A stretch of 64,000 bases of DNA from Wenzhouxiangellaceae bacterium (GCA_007695005.1 REEQ01000042.1:2146-66145); one strand, 5' to 3'. Counted from the stretch's first letter, positions 1 through 10,200 are shown. The notes: generated by a model not told the origin, from the letters alone. Translations and numbers: made by a program.

Positions 1-1409
1 GCGAGGCCATGCCAGGCCTGAAGAAAGTGATTGTTTTCGATCGCAAGGGCTTGCGTGACTTTGCTGACCCGCAGGTGATGTTCCTGGACGAATTGATGGC
101 GCTGGGCCGGGCGGCCAGCGACGGCGAGCGCCGATTCGATGTGCGCATCGATGCCGGCTCGGGCGACGAGATTCGCATGCTGATCTACACTTCCGGCACG
201 ACGGGGGCACCGAAAGGCGCGATGATCAGCCATCGCAACGTCCTGTTCATGCTCGATCGCGGCGATCGGGTGCTGGATGTGCAGGCCGACGACGAGCAGC
301 TCTGCTTCCTGCCCCTGAGTCATATTCTCGAGCGTCTGATCTCGGTCGAGATGCCGATCTACAAGGGGGTGCGGGTCAACTTTGCCGAAAGCCCGGAGAC
401 GGTGTTCGACAACCTGCGCGAGATTTCGCCACACGCGTTTACTGCCGTTCCCAGACTGTGGGAAAAGCTCTACAGCGCGATCAGCGATCAGCGCCGCGAA
501 GCCACGGCCTTCGGGCGCTGGGCTTTCGATCGCGCGCTGAAGGCCGGGCATGACTATCAGGCGACAAACACACCCGGGCCGACCCTGCGCCTGCGTCACG
601 CCTTTTGGGATTTGCTGGTACTGAAAAACCTGCGCCAGCTGATCGGTATGGATCGCATCCGTCGCGCCACCACCGGTGCCGCCCCGATTGCGCCGGATCT
701 GATTCGTTGGTTTCAGGCCATCGGCGTGCCACTGTACGAGGGCTACGGCATGACCGAAACCACCGGCATCATTTCGGTCAATACGCCGGAAAGAAGCCGG
801 ATTGGCTCGGTGGGTGTGCCGCTGCCGGACAGCGAGGTCCGTATTGCCGAGGACGGCGAGATCCTGGTGCGCGGCCAGCATGTCTTCGAGGGCTACTGGA
901 AGCGTCCCGAGCAGACGGCCAGGGACATGCGCGCCGGCTGGCTGCATACCGGCGACAGCGGTCGGCTGGATGCGGGCATGCTCACCATCACCGGCCGGAT
1001 CAAGGACATCATCATTACCGCTGGCGGCAAGAACATCGCGCCGGCCGAGATTGAAAGCAAGCTGAAGTTCTCGCCCTACATTGCCGATGCCGTGCTGGTC
1101 GGCGATCAGCGCAAGTATCTGACCTGCCTGATCATGATCGACCGGGACAATGTCGAAACCTGGGCCCAGCGCCGCCAGGTGCCGTTTTCCGACTTCCGCT
1201 CGCTGTGCCGGGCCGAAGCGGTGCAGGAACTGATCGGCGAGGTGGTCAATGAAGTCAACAGCCAATTCGCCCAGGTCGAGCAGATCAAGTACTTCCGCCT
1301 GATCGACGTCATGCTGAGCGCCGATGATGAAGAGCTGACGGCGACAATGAAGCTCAAGCGCGCCCAGGTTGAAAAGAAGTATCGCGAACTGATCGAGTCG
1401 ATGTACTGA
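1..1409 (+). CDS. AMP-dependent acyl-CoA synthetase / long-chain fatty-acid--CoA ligase; 5' end lies outside the window
   Basis: ORF 9..1409 with the frame open to the window edge. AMP-binding signature YTSGTTGAPKGAMISHRN, then GYGMTET and TGDSG...ITGRIKD...GGKNI motifs. The N-terminal part of the family is absent. Confidence 0.85.
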   Translation, partial: EAMPGLKKVIVFDRKGLRDFADPQVMFLDELMALGRAASDGERRFDVRIDAGSGDEIRMLIYTSGTTGAPKGAMISHRNVLFMLDRGDRVLDVQADDEQLCFLPLSHILERLISVEMPIYKGVRVNFAESPETVFDNLREISPHAFTAVPRLWEKLYSAISDQRREATAFGRWAFDRALKAGHDYQATNTPGPTLRLRHAFWDLLVLKNLRQLIGMDRIRRATTGAAPIAPDLIRWFQAIGVPLYEGYGMTETTGIISVNTPERSRIGSVGVPLPDSEVRIAEDGEILVRGQHVFEGYWKRPEQTARDMRAGWLHTGDSGRLDAGMLTITGRIKDIIITAGGKNIAPAEIESKLKFSPYIADAVLVGDQRKYLTCLIMIDRDNVETWAQRRQVPFSDFRSLCRAEAVQELIGEVVNEVNSQFAQVEQIKYFRLIDVMLSADDEELTATMKLKRAQVEKKYRELIESMY

Positions 1410-1469
1410 CACGGGCATTCGAAAAGGAACCTGGTAATCATCGAAGTCACCGAAGTTCGGGCCGGCGGA

Positions 1470-1496
1470 TTTTCGGTGCTTTCGGTGTCTTTGGTG
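1470..1496. repeat. Three tandem 9-mers downstream of the acyl-CoA ligase gene
   Basis: ATTTCGGTG CTTTCGGTG TCTTTGGTG. The first copy also pairs with CACCGAA at 1449-1455 to form a hairpin. Confidence 0.5.
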
Positions 1497-1582
1497 AATC
1501 TGTCTGTTTCTGATTGACCCGGGCCGTGCGTGTTAGATTGAGCTCGTCACCGGGCGGGTGGCAATACTCCAAGGAAGCGAAG

Positions 1583-2770
1583 ATGAAGCGATATTCGATG
1601 CTGTTGCTGGTTTTGCTGGCGTTGGGACTGGTTGGCTGCGGTGGCAGCGATGATGCTGCCGAGCGGGTGCGTGGAGTGACCGACACCGAAATTCGCTTCG
1701 GCGGCGCGCATGATTTGTCCGGGGTGTTCGCGGCGGTGTCCAATCCGGCCCTGCGCGGAGCGAACCTGTATTTTGACCAGGTCAACGAAGCCGGCGGGGT
1801 CCATGGCCGTCGCATCCGATATATCGTCGAAGATCACGGCTACCAGGTGCCGCGGGCAACCCAGGCAGCCAACAAACTGGTGACCCGAGACCAGGTCTTC
1901 GGCAAGTTGCTGACCCTGGGAACACCGCATAACCTGGCGTCCTTTCCGATCATGGATCGCCACGATGTGCCCAGCCTGTTTCCGCTGACCCCGGCCCGGG
2001 CAATACTGGAAACGGGCGATTTCTCCCGTCGTTTCAGCCTCAGCGCCTCGTACTATCACAATGTCGGCAACGCCATTGACTGGCTCCATGAGCGCAAGGG
2101 CTTTGAGCGCATCTGCGTGATGTATATCCCGTCCGATTTCGGTGAAGAGATCCACGAGGCCGCTCGTGACGCAGCCCAACGGCATGCCGGCCTCAGCCTG
2201 GCTTCGGCAACATCCCACCGGCCGGATGAGACCAACTTCTCCGGCACTCTGTCGCGCAAGCGCGCCAGCAACTGCGAGCTGCTGATCCTGGGGCTGGCGG
2301 TGCGTGCCACGGTGGCGGTGGCCTCTGGTGTGCGTGACATGAACTGGGATGGTGTCGAGCTGCTGGCGTCTACCGCAGCCTTCCACGCCGCCGTCTCCTC
2401 AGCCCCCGGCGGCGCCACCGAGGGCATGTGGGCAGCCTCAGCCGGTCCCGACATCCAGACCCTGCGCGACCGCCCCGAGTCGGCCGCCTTCATAGATGCC
2501 TTTCGCCAGGCCCATGGGCAGGATCCGGACGCGATGGCGCAAACCGGGTACAGCATTGCCTATGCCCTGGTCAAGGCCCTGGAAAAGGCCGGTCGCGACC
2601 TGACTGTCGACAGCCTGGTGGCCGCCCTGGAATCACTGGACTACATTGACCCGGTGTCCGGCGTTCACGTCCGGATGGGCCCTGATGACCACATTCTGCT
2701 GGGCGATACCTGGATCACAAGGGTGAGCAACGGAGTCTGGGAGACGAAGGCGATGATTGAGGGGAGATAA
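1583..2770 (+). CDS. Periplasmic substrate-binding lipoprotein, type-1 PBP (LivK / branched-chain amino acid binding-like)
   Basis: ORF 1514..2770. Preferred start is the ATG at 1583, preceded by AAGGAAG at 1571-1577. Signal peptide plus lipobox LGLVGCGG. General Leu/Ile/Val-binding-protein-like sequence. No ABC permease or ATPase gene is adjacent. Confidence 0.7.
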   Translation: MKRYSMLLLVLLALGLVGCGGSDDAAERVRGVTDTEIRFGGAHDLSGVFAAVSNPALRGANLYFDQVNEAGGVHGRRIRYIVEDHGYQVPRATQAANKLVTRDQVFGKLLTLGTPHNLASFPIMDRHDVPSLFPLTPARAILETGDFSRRFSLSASYYHNVGNAIDWLHERKGFERICVMYIPSDFGEEIHEAARDAAQRHAGLSLASATSHRPDETNFSGTLSRKRASNCELLILGLAVRATVAVASGVRDMNWDGVELLASTAAFHAAVSSAPGGATEGMWAASAGPDIQTLRDRPESAAFIDAFRQAHGQDPDAMAQTGYSIAYALVKALEKAGRDLTVDSLVAALESLDYIDPVSGVHVRMGPDDHILLGDTWITRVSNGVWETKAMIEGR

Positions 2771-2774
2771 GAAG

Positions 2775-4124
2775 TTAGGCGCCCGTCCTCGTCGTTATCG
2801 TCTCCAGTCCATGGCCACCCGGACCCTTCTCGGAGCGGTACAGCAGCCAGGAGAAGACCAGGCCCAGCGAGGCCAGGAAGGTGTAGAACCACATGCCAGC
2901 CGCGTAGCCTGCCGGATTCTCCGGTGAGGCCTGGAAGCTGTCATTGAGCAGGCCGATAACGGGTGGCACCACTACCCAGCCGAGCTGCTGGCAGAGCGTC
3001 ATCATGGCGTATGCCGAGCCGAGGCGGCGCTCGTCGACGATATAGGCCACCGACGGCCACATCACTGCCGGGATCAGTGAAAACACCGCGCCAAGCAGGA
3101 AGATCACCACGAACAGGGTCAAGGGCACTTGCGCCGATCCGATCAGCGGGATCACCAATGGCACGTCCGGACCAGGTGGCGCGTAGGTCACCAGCAAAAA
3201 CAACGGCAGCATCACCAGCGAGCCAGCGGCCATGAAGAACGATCGCTTGCCGATCCGATCCACCCACAGGCCGAACAAGGGGGTAAGAATGATGGCTGCC
3301 ACCGGCAGCAGGCTGGACAGCAGGCCGGCCGCCTCGCGGTCCAGGCCGTGGGCCTGCTGGAAATAATCGATCGCGAAAGTCCGGAACGGGAAGACGGTGG
3401 AATAGAACACCACGCAAAGTGCCACCACGTACCAGTAAGACGGGGTGAACGAATACAGGTCCCTGAACTTGAGCTTTTCGTGTTCGCCGGTCGTGCCGAG
3501 GTGGTAGCTGGTTTCGGCGCGTTTTTCCAGCAGCCAGTAGAGCAGGGCGGCGGTGACGGTGATGCCGCCGATGGCCGTAGCCAGCCACAGTGGATCCTGC
3601 CAGTTGGTGTACAAGGGGGACGCGAACGAGGTTGACCAGTCGGCCGAGGCTGAGCCCAAGCGCGAGATCGACAGGTTGATACCGAAGGCAAAGCTCAGCT
3701 CCTTGCCGCGAAACCACTTGGCCAGGGCCGTGGTTGCAGCTACGATCAGCGGCTCCGACCCCAGGCCGAGCAGGAAGCGCCCGGCCAGGATGGTTTCGTA
3801 GCGCGGCGCCATGGCCGTGACCGCGGCCGCGCCCAGGCAGATCGCACCGAACACCACGATGGCATTCTTGGTGCCGAAACGGTCGATGATGATGCCGCCG
3901 ATCAGCAGCACGAGCAGGGCGGCAATGTTGTAGGCCGAGGACAGAAATCCGATCTGGCCATAACTGAAACCCAGATCCTCCCGCATCAGGTCGATGACCG
4001 GGCCCAGGGAGTCATAGACGTAGTAATTGCCGAACATGGCCAGGCTGATGAACAGCAGTACTACCCAGCGGTAGGCGGGGGGCGGCAAGGGCAGGGTGGC
4101 AGTGCGGCTGTCGGCGAGGCTCAT
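2775..4124 (-). CDS. MFS transporter
   Basis: ORF 2775..4208. About 12 predicted hydrophobic helices and an MFS loop motif (GGIIIDRFGTKN). Start placed at MSLADS (4124); the upstream in-frame His/Asn-rich extension to 4208 cannot be excluded. Confidence 0.8.
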   Translation of the reverse strand: MSLADSRTATLPLPPPAYRWVVLLFISLAMFGNYYVYDSLGPVIDLMREDLGFSYGQIGFLSSAYNIAALLVLLIGGIIIDRFGTKNAIVVFGAICLGAAAVTAMAPRYETILAGRFLLGLGSEPLIVAATTALAKWFRGKELSFAFGINLSISRLGSASADWSTSFASPLYTNWQDPLWLATAIGGITVTAALLYWLLEKRAETSYHLGTTGEHEKLKFRDLYSFTPSYWYVVALCVVFYSTVFPFRTFAIDYFQQAHGLDREAAGLLSSLLPVAAIILTPLFGLWVDRIGKRSFFMAAGSLVMLPLFLLVTYAPPGPDVPLVIPLIGSAQVPLTLFVVIFLLGAVFSLIPAVMWPSVAYIVDERRLGSAYAMMTLCQQLGWVVVPPVIGLLNDSFQASPENPAGYAAGMWFYTFLASLGLVFSWLLYRSEKGPGGHGLETITTRTGA

Positions 4125-4239
4125 GGGTTGGCGGCGCTGGCTATGGTTGTGGTTGTTGTGATGGCTGCTGCCTGGCGCGATCTCGCTTTGCGAGCAGGGC
4201 CCGGCCACAGCACTCTATCCAAGCAGGCCAGGAGGGTCA

Positions 4240-5853
4240 ATGTCTGAACGGCTGCGCCGGCTCCTGGCTTTTGGTGCCGCCAGCCGCTGTGGCATACTCC
4301 GCGCCGTGAGTCGAAAGAACCGAAAGCGCAGTCGAGCGGCTGCCCCTGCGGCAGCGCCCCCGCCTGAAACGGCCAAAGCCAGGCCCCGCGGACGCTGGGT
4401 TTATCTGGGTACGGCCGTGCTCGGTGTGCTGCTGCTGGGCGTTGGCTGGACCTGGTGGCAGGCGGAGCAGTTCGAGGAGCGCTTTGATGCGGACTATGTC
4501 GGCAGCGCTGTTTGCGGTGATTGCCACACCATCATCCATGGCCAGTGGTCTGGCTCTCCCCATGCCAATATGGTGCGGCGACCCGATACCGGCAGCGTGG
4601 TAGGCGATTTCAATCATGGCGAATTCCGTCTTCCGATCGATAGTCCGGATCCGCTGGCAGGCGAAGTCGTTGCCCGTACCTTTGTCGAAGATGACCGCTA
4701 CTACATGGCCTTGCGTCATCCTGAGGATGGTGATTTCGTTCCCTTTCCGATCAAGTATGTGGTCGGCTACCAATACCGGCAGGAATATGTGTTCGAGGAG
4801 CCTGGCGGCGTGTTACGGCGTTTGCCGCTGCAGTGGTCAACGGCCAAGCAGGCCTATTTTCCCTATTGGAACATCCAGGAGGGCAGTGACCAGACAGTAG
4901 CGGACCTGTGGCAGCAGATGACCACCACGAACTCTGCATGGAATGTGTATTGCGCGCGCTGCCATACCACCAATATGGATATCGTCGAGGTCGACCCCTT
5001 CCATACCCGCGCCAGGGTGGACTGGCAGGAAGAGGGGATCGGTTGCGAGGCTTGCCACGGACCCGGCAGTCTGCACGTGGAATACATGAAATCCAGCCCG
5101 GCCAACCGATTGGCAATGTTCGTTCGCAATCACCTGCACGGTTATCCGGTTGCCTACGTGGCCAATGCCGACAAGTTACCCAAGGAGCAGGCGCTTTCTG
5201 TCTGTGCACGTTGTCACGGTGCCGATATCTTTGCCCGAAACCAGGATTTCTATCGCACCTACGAGCCGGGGTACAGTCGCAGCGGCCGGATCAATGACCT
5301 GTCCGAGTTTTTCAGGCAAGCGCCGCTGACACCCGGGCGCATGGCGCCAACCATCGAGGTCTGGCATAACGGGCGGCCACGGGGCATTGGCATGCTGTTC
5401 CGCTCCTTTGTCGAGTCCGAGTGCTACACCCAAGGCGAGCCGCGCTGTCATGATTGCCATGATCCGCATCAGAACAAGGCGGCCACCCGCCCCGGAATGC
5501 TTGAAGCTTCGGCCGTTTCGAATGCCTACTGCAGTTCCTGTCATTTTGATATCGGCAGCAATCCCGAGGCTCATACCCATCACCCGAGTGGTCAGCCCGG
5601 CAGTTTCTGCTACGACTGCCATATGCCCAAGCACATCACCAAGCTCAATACCGGCATCTGGGAGCGAACCCGTACCCACGAAATGAGCTCGCTGCCCAAC
5701 CCCCACGACAGCCTGCGCTACGGATTGGCCAATGCACCGAATGCCTGTAGTGACTGCCACGCCGATGCCGGCCTCTCCGAGCTGATCGATACCATGCGCC
5801 GCTGGTGGCCGAACCATGATCCTCCACAAGATACCGGCAATGCCTTGTATTGA
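4240..5853 (+). CDS. Membrane-anchored octaheme c-type cytochrome (cytochrome c554-like multiheme family)
   Basis: Eight CxxCH motifs read directly: CGDCH, CARCH, CEACH, CARCH, CHDCH, CSSCH, CYDCH, CSDCH. N-terminal basic region followed by one TM helix (WVYLGTAVLGVLLLGVGWTWW). GGAGGG at 4231-4236 precedes the ATG. Confidence 0.85.
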   Translation: MSERLRRLLAFGAASRCGILRAVSRKNRKRSRAAAPAAAPPPETAKARPRGRWVYLGTAVLGVLLLGVGWTWWQAEQFEERFDADYVGSAVCGDCHTIIHGQWSGSPHANMVRRPDTGSVVGDFNHGEFRLPIDSPDPLAGEVVARTFVEDDRYYMALRHPEDGDFVPFPIKYVVGYQYRQEYVFEEPGGVLRRLPLQWSTAKQAYFPYWNIQEGSDQTVADLWQQMTTTNSAWNVYCARCHTTNMDIVEVDPFHTRARVDWQEEGIGCEACHGPGSLHVEYMKSSPANRLAMFVRNHLHGYPVAYVANADKLPKEQALSVCARCHGADIFARNQDFYRTYEPGYSRSGRINDLSEFFRQAPLTPGRMAPTIEVWHNGRPRGIGMLFRSFVESECYTQGEPRCHDCHDPHQNKAATRPGMLEASAVSNAYCSSCHFDIGSNPEAHTHHPSGQPGSFCYDCHMPKHITKLNTGIWERTRTHEMSSLPNPHDSLRYGLANAPNACSDCHADAGLSELIDTMRRWWPNHDPPQDTGNALY

Positions 5854-6280
5854 AGTTCCGGATTGTCAGCGTAGTGGGGCGATCCGGTAAACCGCCGCGC
5901 TGCAAGCAGCTTGCTGGTGTTGGTGATGCAGGGTTTGGATGATTGATTGATGGAAGCAACATTCGCTCGACGCGCACTGGAATCCAGGACCGATATCCTG
6001 ACTGCCCGGCCAGGGATGACATCCCGCCCTGAACCGTGGACTTACCAGTGGTCGCGTCTGGTAGGCACCCTGTCGTTCTTCGGCTTGAGCCCTACACGCC
6101 CAGGCTTGGAGGCTTGATTGGTGGTCGTTTCCGACTCGAGCTGCTGGTGCCGGCAGAGCGTATTTGGCTGGCAGCTCACGATCAAGGGGCATGCCGGGCC
6201 GCATGAGTTCGACCGTCAGTGAGCATTGCCCGTCAAGCGCCCCAGCGTCGGCGTTTGCTTGGGCCTGGGTGGCCCTGGCT

Positions 6281-6311
6281 GAAAGAAAATGGCCCCGCAC
6301 GTGTCGGGGCC
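6281..6311 (-). terminator. Rho-independent terminator of the OMP gene
   Basis: Hairpin GGCCCCG-cacgtgt-CGGGGCC at 6291-6311. On the minus strand it is followed by ATTTTCTTTC (6290-6281). It lies 30 nt downstream of the stop at 6341. Confidence 0.6.
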
Positions 6312-6340
6312 GGTGTCCGGATACGGATTTTCTGGCGTGA

Positions 6341-7075
6341 TCAGAAGCGGGCAGCCAGGCGTACGCCAAAAATGTCACTGCCATCTGCCCGACTGTATTC
6401 AAGACCGCCGCTGAAACGAGGCGTGAAGAAGTAGCGTGTGCCCACGCCCCACTCGTCGTCGGAGCCGATGCCGCTATAGCGCGCGCCGAGGCTGAAGCTG
6501 CGGTTGAAGAAGTAATCTGCCTGCACGCTGTAGGCGAATTCGCTGCTGCCGTTGCGGGCCAGACCGACTTCACCTTCAAGGTTCAGCGCGCTGCTGCCAT
6601 CAAGCATCATCACATGCTTCAAGCCGACGGTGTAAGTGTCCAGGTCGATGCCAAACGGCAGTTCGGTGCGGTTGTAGCCGACGGTCGCGCGGGTATGCTC
6701 GGCCAGCATCATGCCGGCACGGACGCCGTAGTCATTGAGCTTGAAGCCGTTCGAGAAGCGGGAGTAGTTGGCGGCGAGGTAAAAATCACCGAAGTAGAAC
6801 TCTGCACCAACGGTCGGCACATCAAAATCGCCGCTTCTTTCGCGCAGATAGGCAAAGCTCACATTGCTGGCGCGGTTGAGGAAAGCGGCCTCGGCCAGTG
6901 GACCGCTGCCGGCCCGGACAGGCTGGAAGTAAATCGTGGCATCAGCGCCCCAGACTTCGGCGACATCCAGGTCGACATACTGTCCACCGAGCTCGAAATT
7001 GTAGTCGGAAGCAGCAGCGCCGGCAGACAAGGCCAGACCGATGGCACCGGCCAGCGAAACAATCTTCTTGTTCAT
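6341..7075 (-). CDS. Outer-membrane beta-barrel protein (porin-like)
   Basis: Signal peptide MNKKIVSLAGAIGLALSAGAAAS. Alternating amphipathic strands rich in Y/G. C-terminal aromatic residue (...RLAARF), typical of OMP barrels. Confidence 0.75.
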   Translation of the reverse strand: MNKKIVSLAGAIGLALSAGAAASDYNFELGGQYVDLDVAEVWGADATIYFQPVRAGSGPLAEAAFLNRASNVSFAYLRERSGDFDVPTVGAEFYFGDFYLAANYSRFSNGFKLNDYGVRAGMMLAEHTRATVGYNRTELPFGIDLDTYTVGLKHVMMLDGSSALNLEGEVGLARNGSSEFAYSVQADYFFNRSFSLGARYSGIGSDDEWGVGTRYFFTPRFSGGLEYSRADGSDIFGVRLAARF

Positions 7076-7213
7076 TGATTCCTGTATTCCATGTATGGGG
7101 AGAATTGCGCAGGCAGGACCAAGCCTGCGTCGTGAATAGTAGACAGCCGGGCTGATAAATGGAGACTGAACGGCTATCTGAAACAGTCAGCCCCTCGTCA
7201 AAGCCCGCACGGA

Positions 7214-10200
7214 CTAGCAAAAATCTCTTGAGTTTGCCCGCAGGCGCTTCAGGCGTTGGTCCTCGCAGATAATGTGCAGGGCAACCAGATGCTGGGTGCC
7301 GTGCGCGTTCTGGAGCTTGCCGCTGATGCGCAGTAACTGCCCGCTTAGTACTTCACGTCGGTAGCGCTCGACCAGCTTTGGCCAGACGATGACATTGATG
7401 ATCCCGGTCTCGTCTTCCAGTGACAGAAAGACCACGCCGGAGGCGGTGCCGGGGCGCTGGCGGTGGGTGACCAGGCCGGCGGCCTCGATCCGGCTGCCGT
7501 CGGTGATGTTGCTCAGATCACAGGCGCGCCGGAGCCGGGGGCCAAGCTGACGGCGCAGCAGCTTGATCGGGTGCTGGTCCAGGCTCAGGCCCAGGCTGGC
7601 GTAGTCGTCGAGCAGATTGTCGGACGCGCTGGGCGGGCGAATGCTGATGCGCGGTTCGGCAATGGCCGCCGGCGCCAGCAAATCCTTCTGCGCGCGCGCC
7701 GCCATCGCTTCCCAGCGCGCCCGGTTGCGATGTCCGGCCAGCCCTTTCAGCGCCCCGGCCTCGGCCAGGGCGCGCACCTGACCCTTGTCCAGCCCGGCCC
7801 GCTCGGCCAGATCCTGCACATCACGAAAATCCTGATCCTGGCCTGCTGCTACCAAACGCTCGGCGGCTTCCATCCGCAAGCCCTTCACCATCCGTAAACC
7901 CAGCCGGATTTTCAAGGAACAAGGATTGGGACCTTGAGTATGCCTTGCCCCTTGCTCCTTGGGCCTTGCTCCTTCAACCAAGCAATCCCACTCACTGAAC
8001 CTCACATCCACCGGTAACACCCGCACCCCGTGCCGCCTGACATCATTGACGATCTGGGCCGGGGCGTAAAAGCCCATCGGCTGGCTGTTGAGCAGGCCGC
8101 AGGCGAACTCGGCCGGATGGTGGCATTTCAGCCAGGCTGAAAAGTAGGTCAGCAGGGCGAAACTGGCGGCGTGTGATTCCGGGAAGCCGTAGTCGCCAAA
8201 ACCCTGGATCTGGCTGTAGATGCGTTCGGCAAATTCCATCGTGTAGCCGCGAGCCAGCATGCCGTCAATCAGCTTGTCCCGAAACGGCTCCAGCCCGCCC
8301 CGTCGCTTCCAGGCTGCCATTGCGCGTCGCAGCTGATCAGCCTCGCCCGGTGTGAATCCGGCCGCGGCAATCGCGATCTGCATCACCTGCTCCTGGAAGA
8401 TCGGCACGCCCAGGGTGCGCTTGAGCACGCTTTCCAGGGCCGGCGAGGGGTAGCTGACCTTTTCCGGATGCTCGCGCCGCTCGAGATAAGGATGGACCAT
8501 GTCGCCCTGGATCGGCCCCGGCCGGACAATCGCGACTTCCACCACCAGGTCGTAAAAACAGCGCGGCTTGAGCCTGGGTAACATTGCCATCTGCGCCCGC
8601 GATTCAACCTGAAACACGCCGATGGCGTCACCGTGGCAGAGCATGTTGTAGGTCTCGGGATCTTCGCGTGGAATGGTGGCCAGCGACAAGTCGCTCGCGG
8701 GGAGAGGTGAGAGGGGAGAGGGAAGAGGAGAGGGGGCCTGGGAGGATGCCGGACGCGTCGCCGCAGCTCCTCTTCCGTCTTCCATCTTCCTTCTTCCCGA
8801 ATTCACATAGCCCACCGCCTTCCGAATCGCCGTCAACATCCCCAAGGCGAGACAATCCACCTTCAGCAATCCCAGCGTCTCCAGATCGTCCTTGTCCCAC
8901 TGGATGATGGTGCGATCGGCCATGGCGGCGTTTTCGACCGGGACCAGGTGGTGCAGAGGAGCGTCCGAGATGACCATGCCGCCGACGTGCTGGGACAGGT
9001 GGCGAGGGAAGCCGACCAGTTCGCTGCTCAGGGTCATCAGCTGGCGGGTCATGGGAGATTGCGGGTCGAAGCCGCATTCGGCCAGGCGTTCGGGCCAGCT
9101 CTCGGGGCGGTCCCACCAGGCCAGCGAGGCGGTCAGGCGGTTTATCCGTTCCGGCTCCAGCCCCAGCGCGCGGCCGACGTCCTTGAGCGCGCTCTTCGGT
9201 CGGTAGCAGATCACGGTGGCGGCCAGGGCGGCGCGGTCGCGGCCGTACTTGTCGTAGATGTATTGCAGCACTTCCTCGCGCCGCTCGTGCTCGAAGTCGA
9301 CGTCGATATCGGGCGGCTCGTTGCGTTCCTTGGAAAGAAAGCGTTCGAACAGCAGCTGCTGCCTGGCGGGGTCGACCTCGGTTATCCCCAAGCAGTAGCA
9401 CACGGCCGAGTTGGCCGCCGAGCCGCGGCCCTGGCACAGGATGCCGCGCGAGCGGGCAAAGCGGACCACGTCATGCACGGTCAGGAAGAAGGCTTCCACG
9501 CCCATTTCTTCGATCAGCTTCAGTTCGCGGGCGACGATGGCGCGGACGTTCTCCGGTGGCGTGTCGCCGTAGCGCTTGCGCAGACCATCCAGGGTCAGGC
9601 GGCGCAGGTGCCGGGCCGGGGTCAGTGGGGCTGGGGCCAGCTCGCGCGGATAACGATATTCCAGCCGGTCCAGGGAAAAATCGCAGCGCTCGGCCAGCCT
9701 GACCGTTTCCTCCAGCCAGTCCAGCGGGTACAGCCTGGCCAGACTGTCAAGGGGGCGCAAGTGGCGCTCGCCATTCGCTGCCAGGGCCAGGCCGCAGTCG
9801 GCCAGGGACCGGTTTTCATGCAGGGCAGTGAGCACATCGAGCAGGGCACGGCGTGAGCGATGCGGCATGCGCACATCGCCACAGGCCAGGCGGGGAATGT
9901 TCAGGGTCTGACCGAGCACATCCAGCTCCCGGAACCATGCCCGCTCGCCGGGCGCAAGCAGACGCGTCGCGCCCAGCCACAGGTGGTCACCGAATAGCCG
10001 CTTGAGCCGCTGTCCTGCCCGGATATCGGTGGTCTTCGGTCGGTGGTCGAAGCCGTCAGTCGGGGCGACGTCCCCGACGACCGAATCATCAGGCATCTGC
10101 GCTTTCCAGATTGCCAGAATGTCACTCGAATTCGTTTCCAGGTCTTCCCAAAAGACCCGATATTCCCCCTTGCCGGCCCGCCGCCGAGCCGTGGTGATCA

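Noticed and set aside
5866-6579. 237-aa minus-strand ORF
   Set aside because: Its upstream half is antisense to the OMP gene and it crosses that gene's terminator hairpin. The remainder has no protein-like features.
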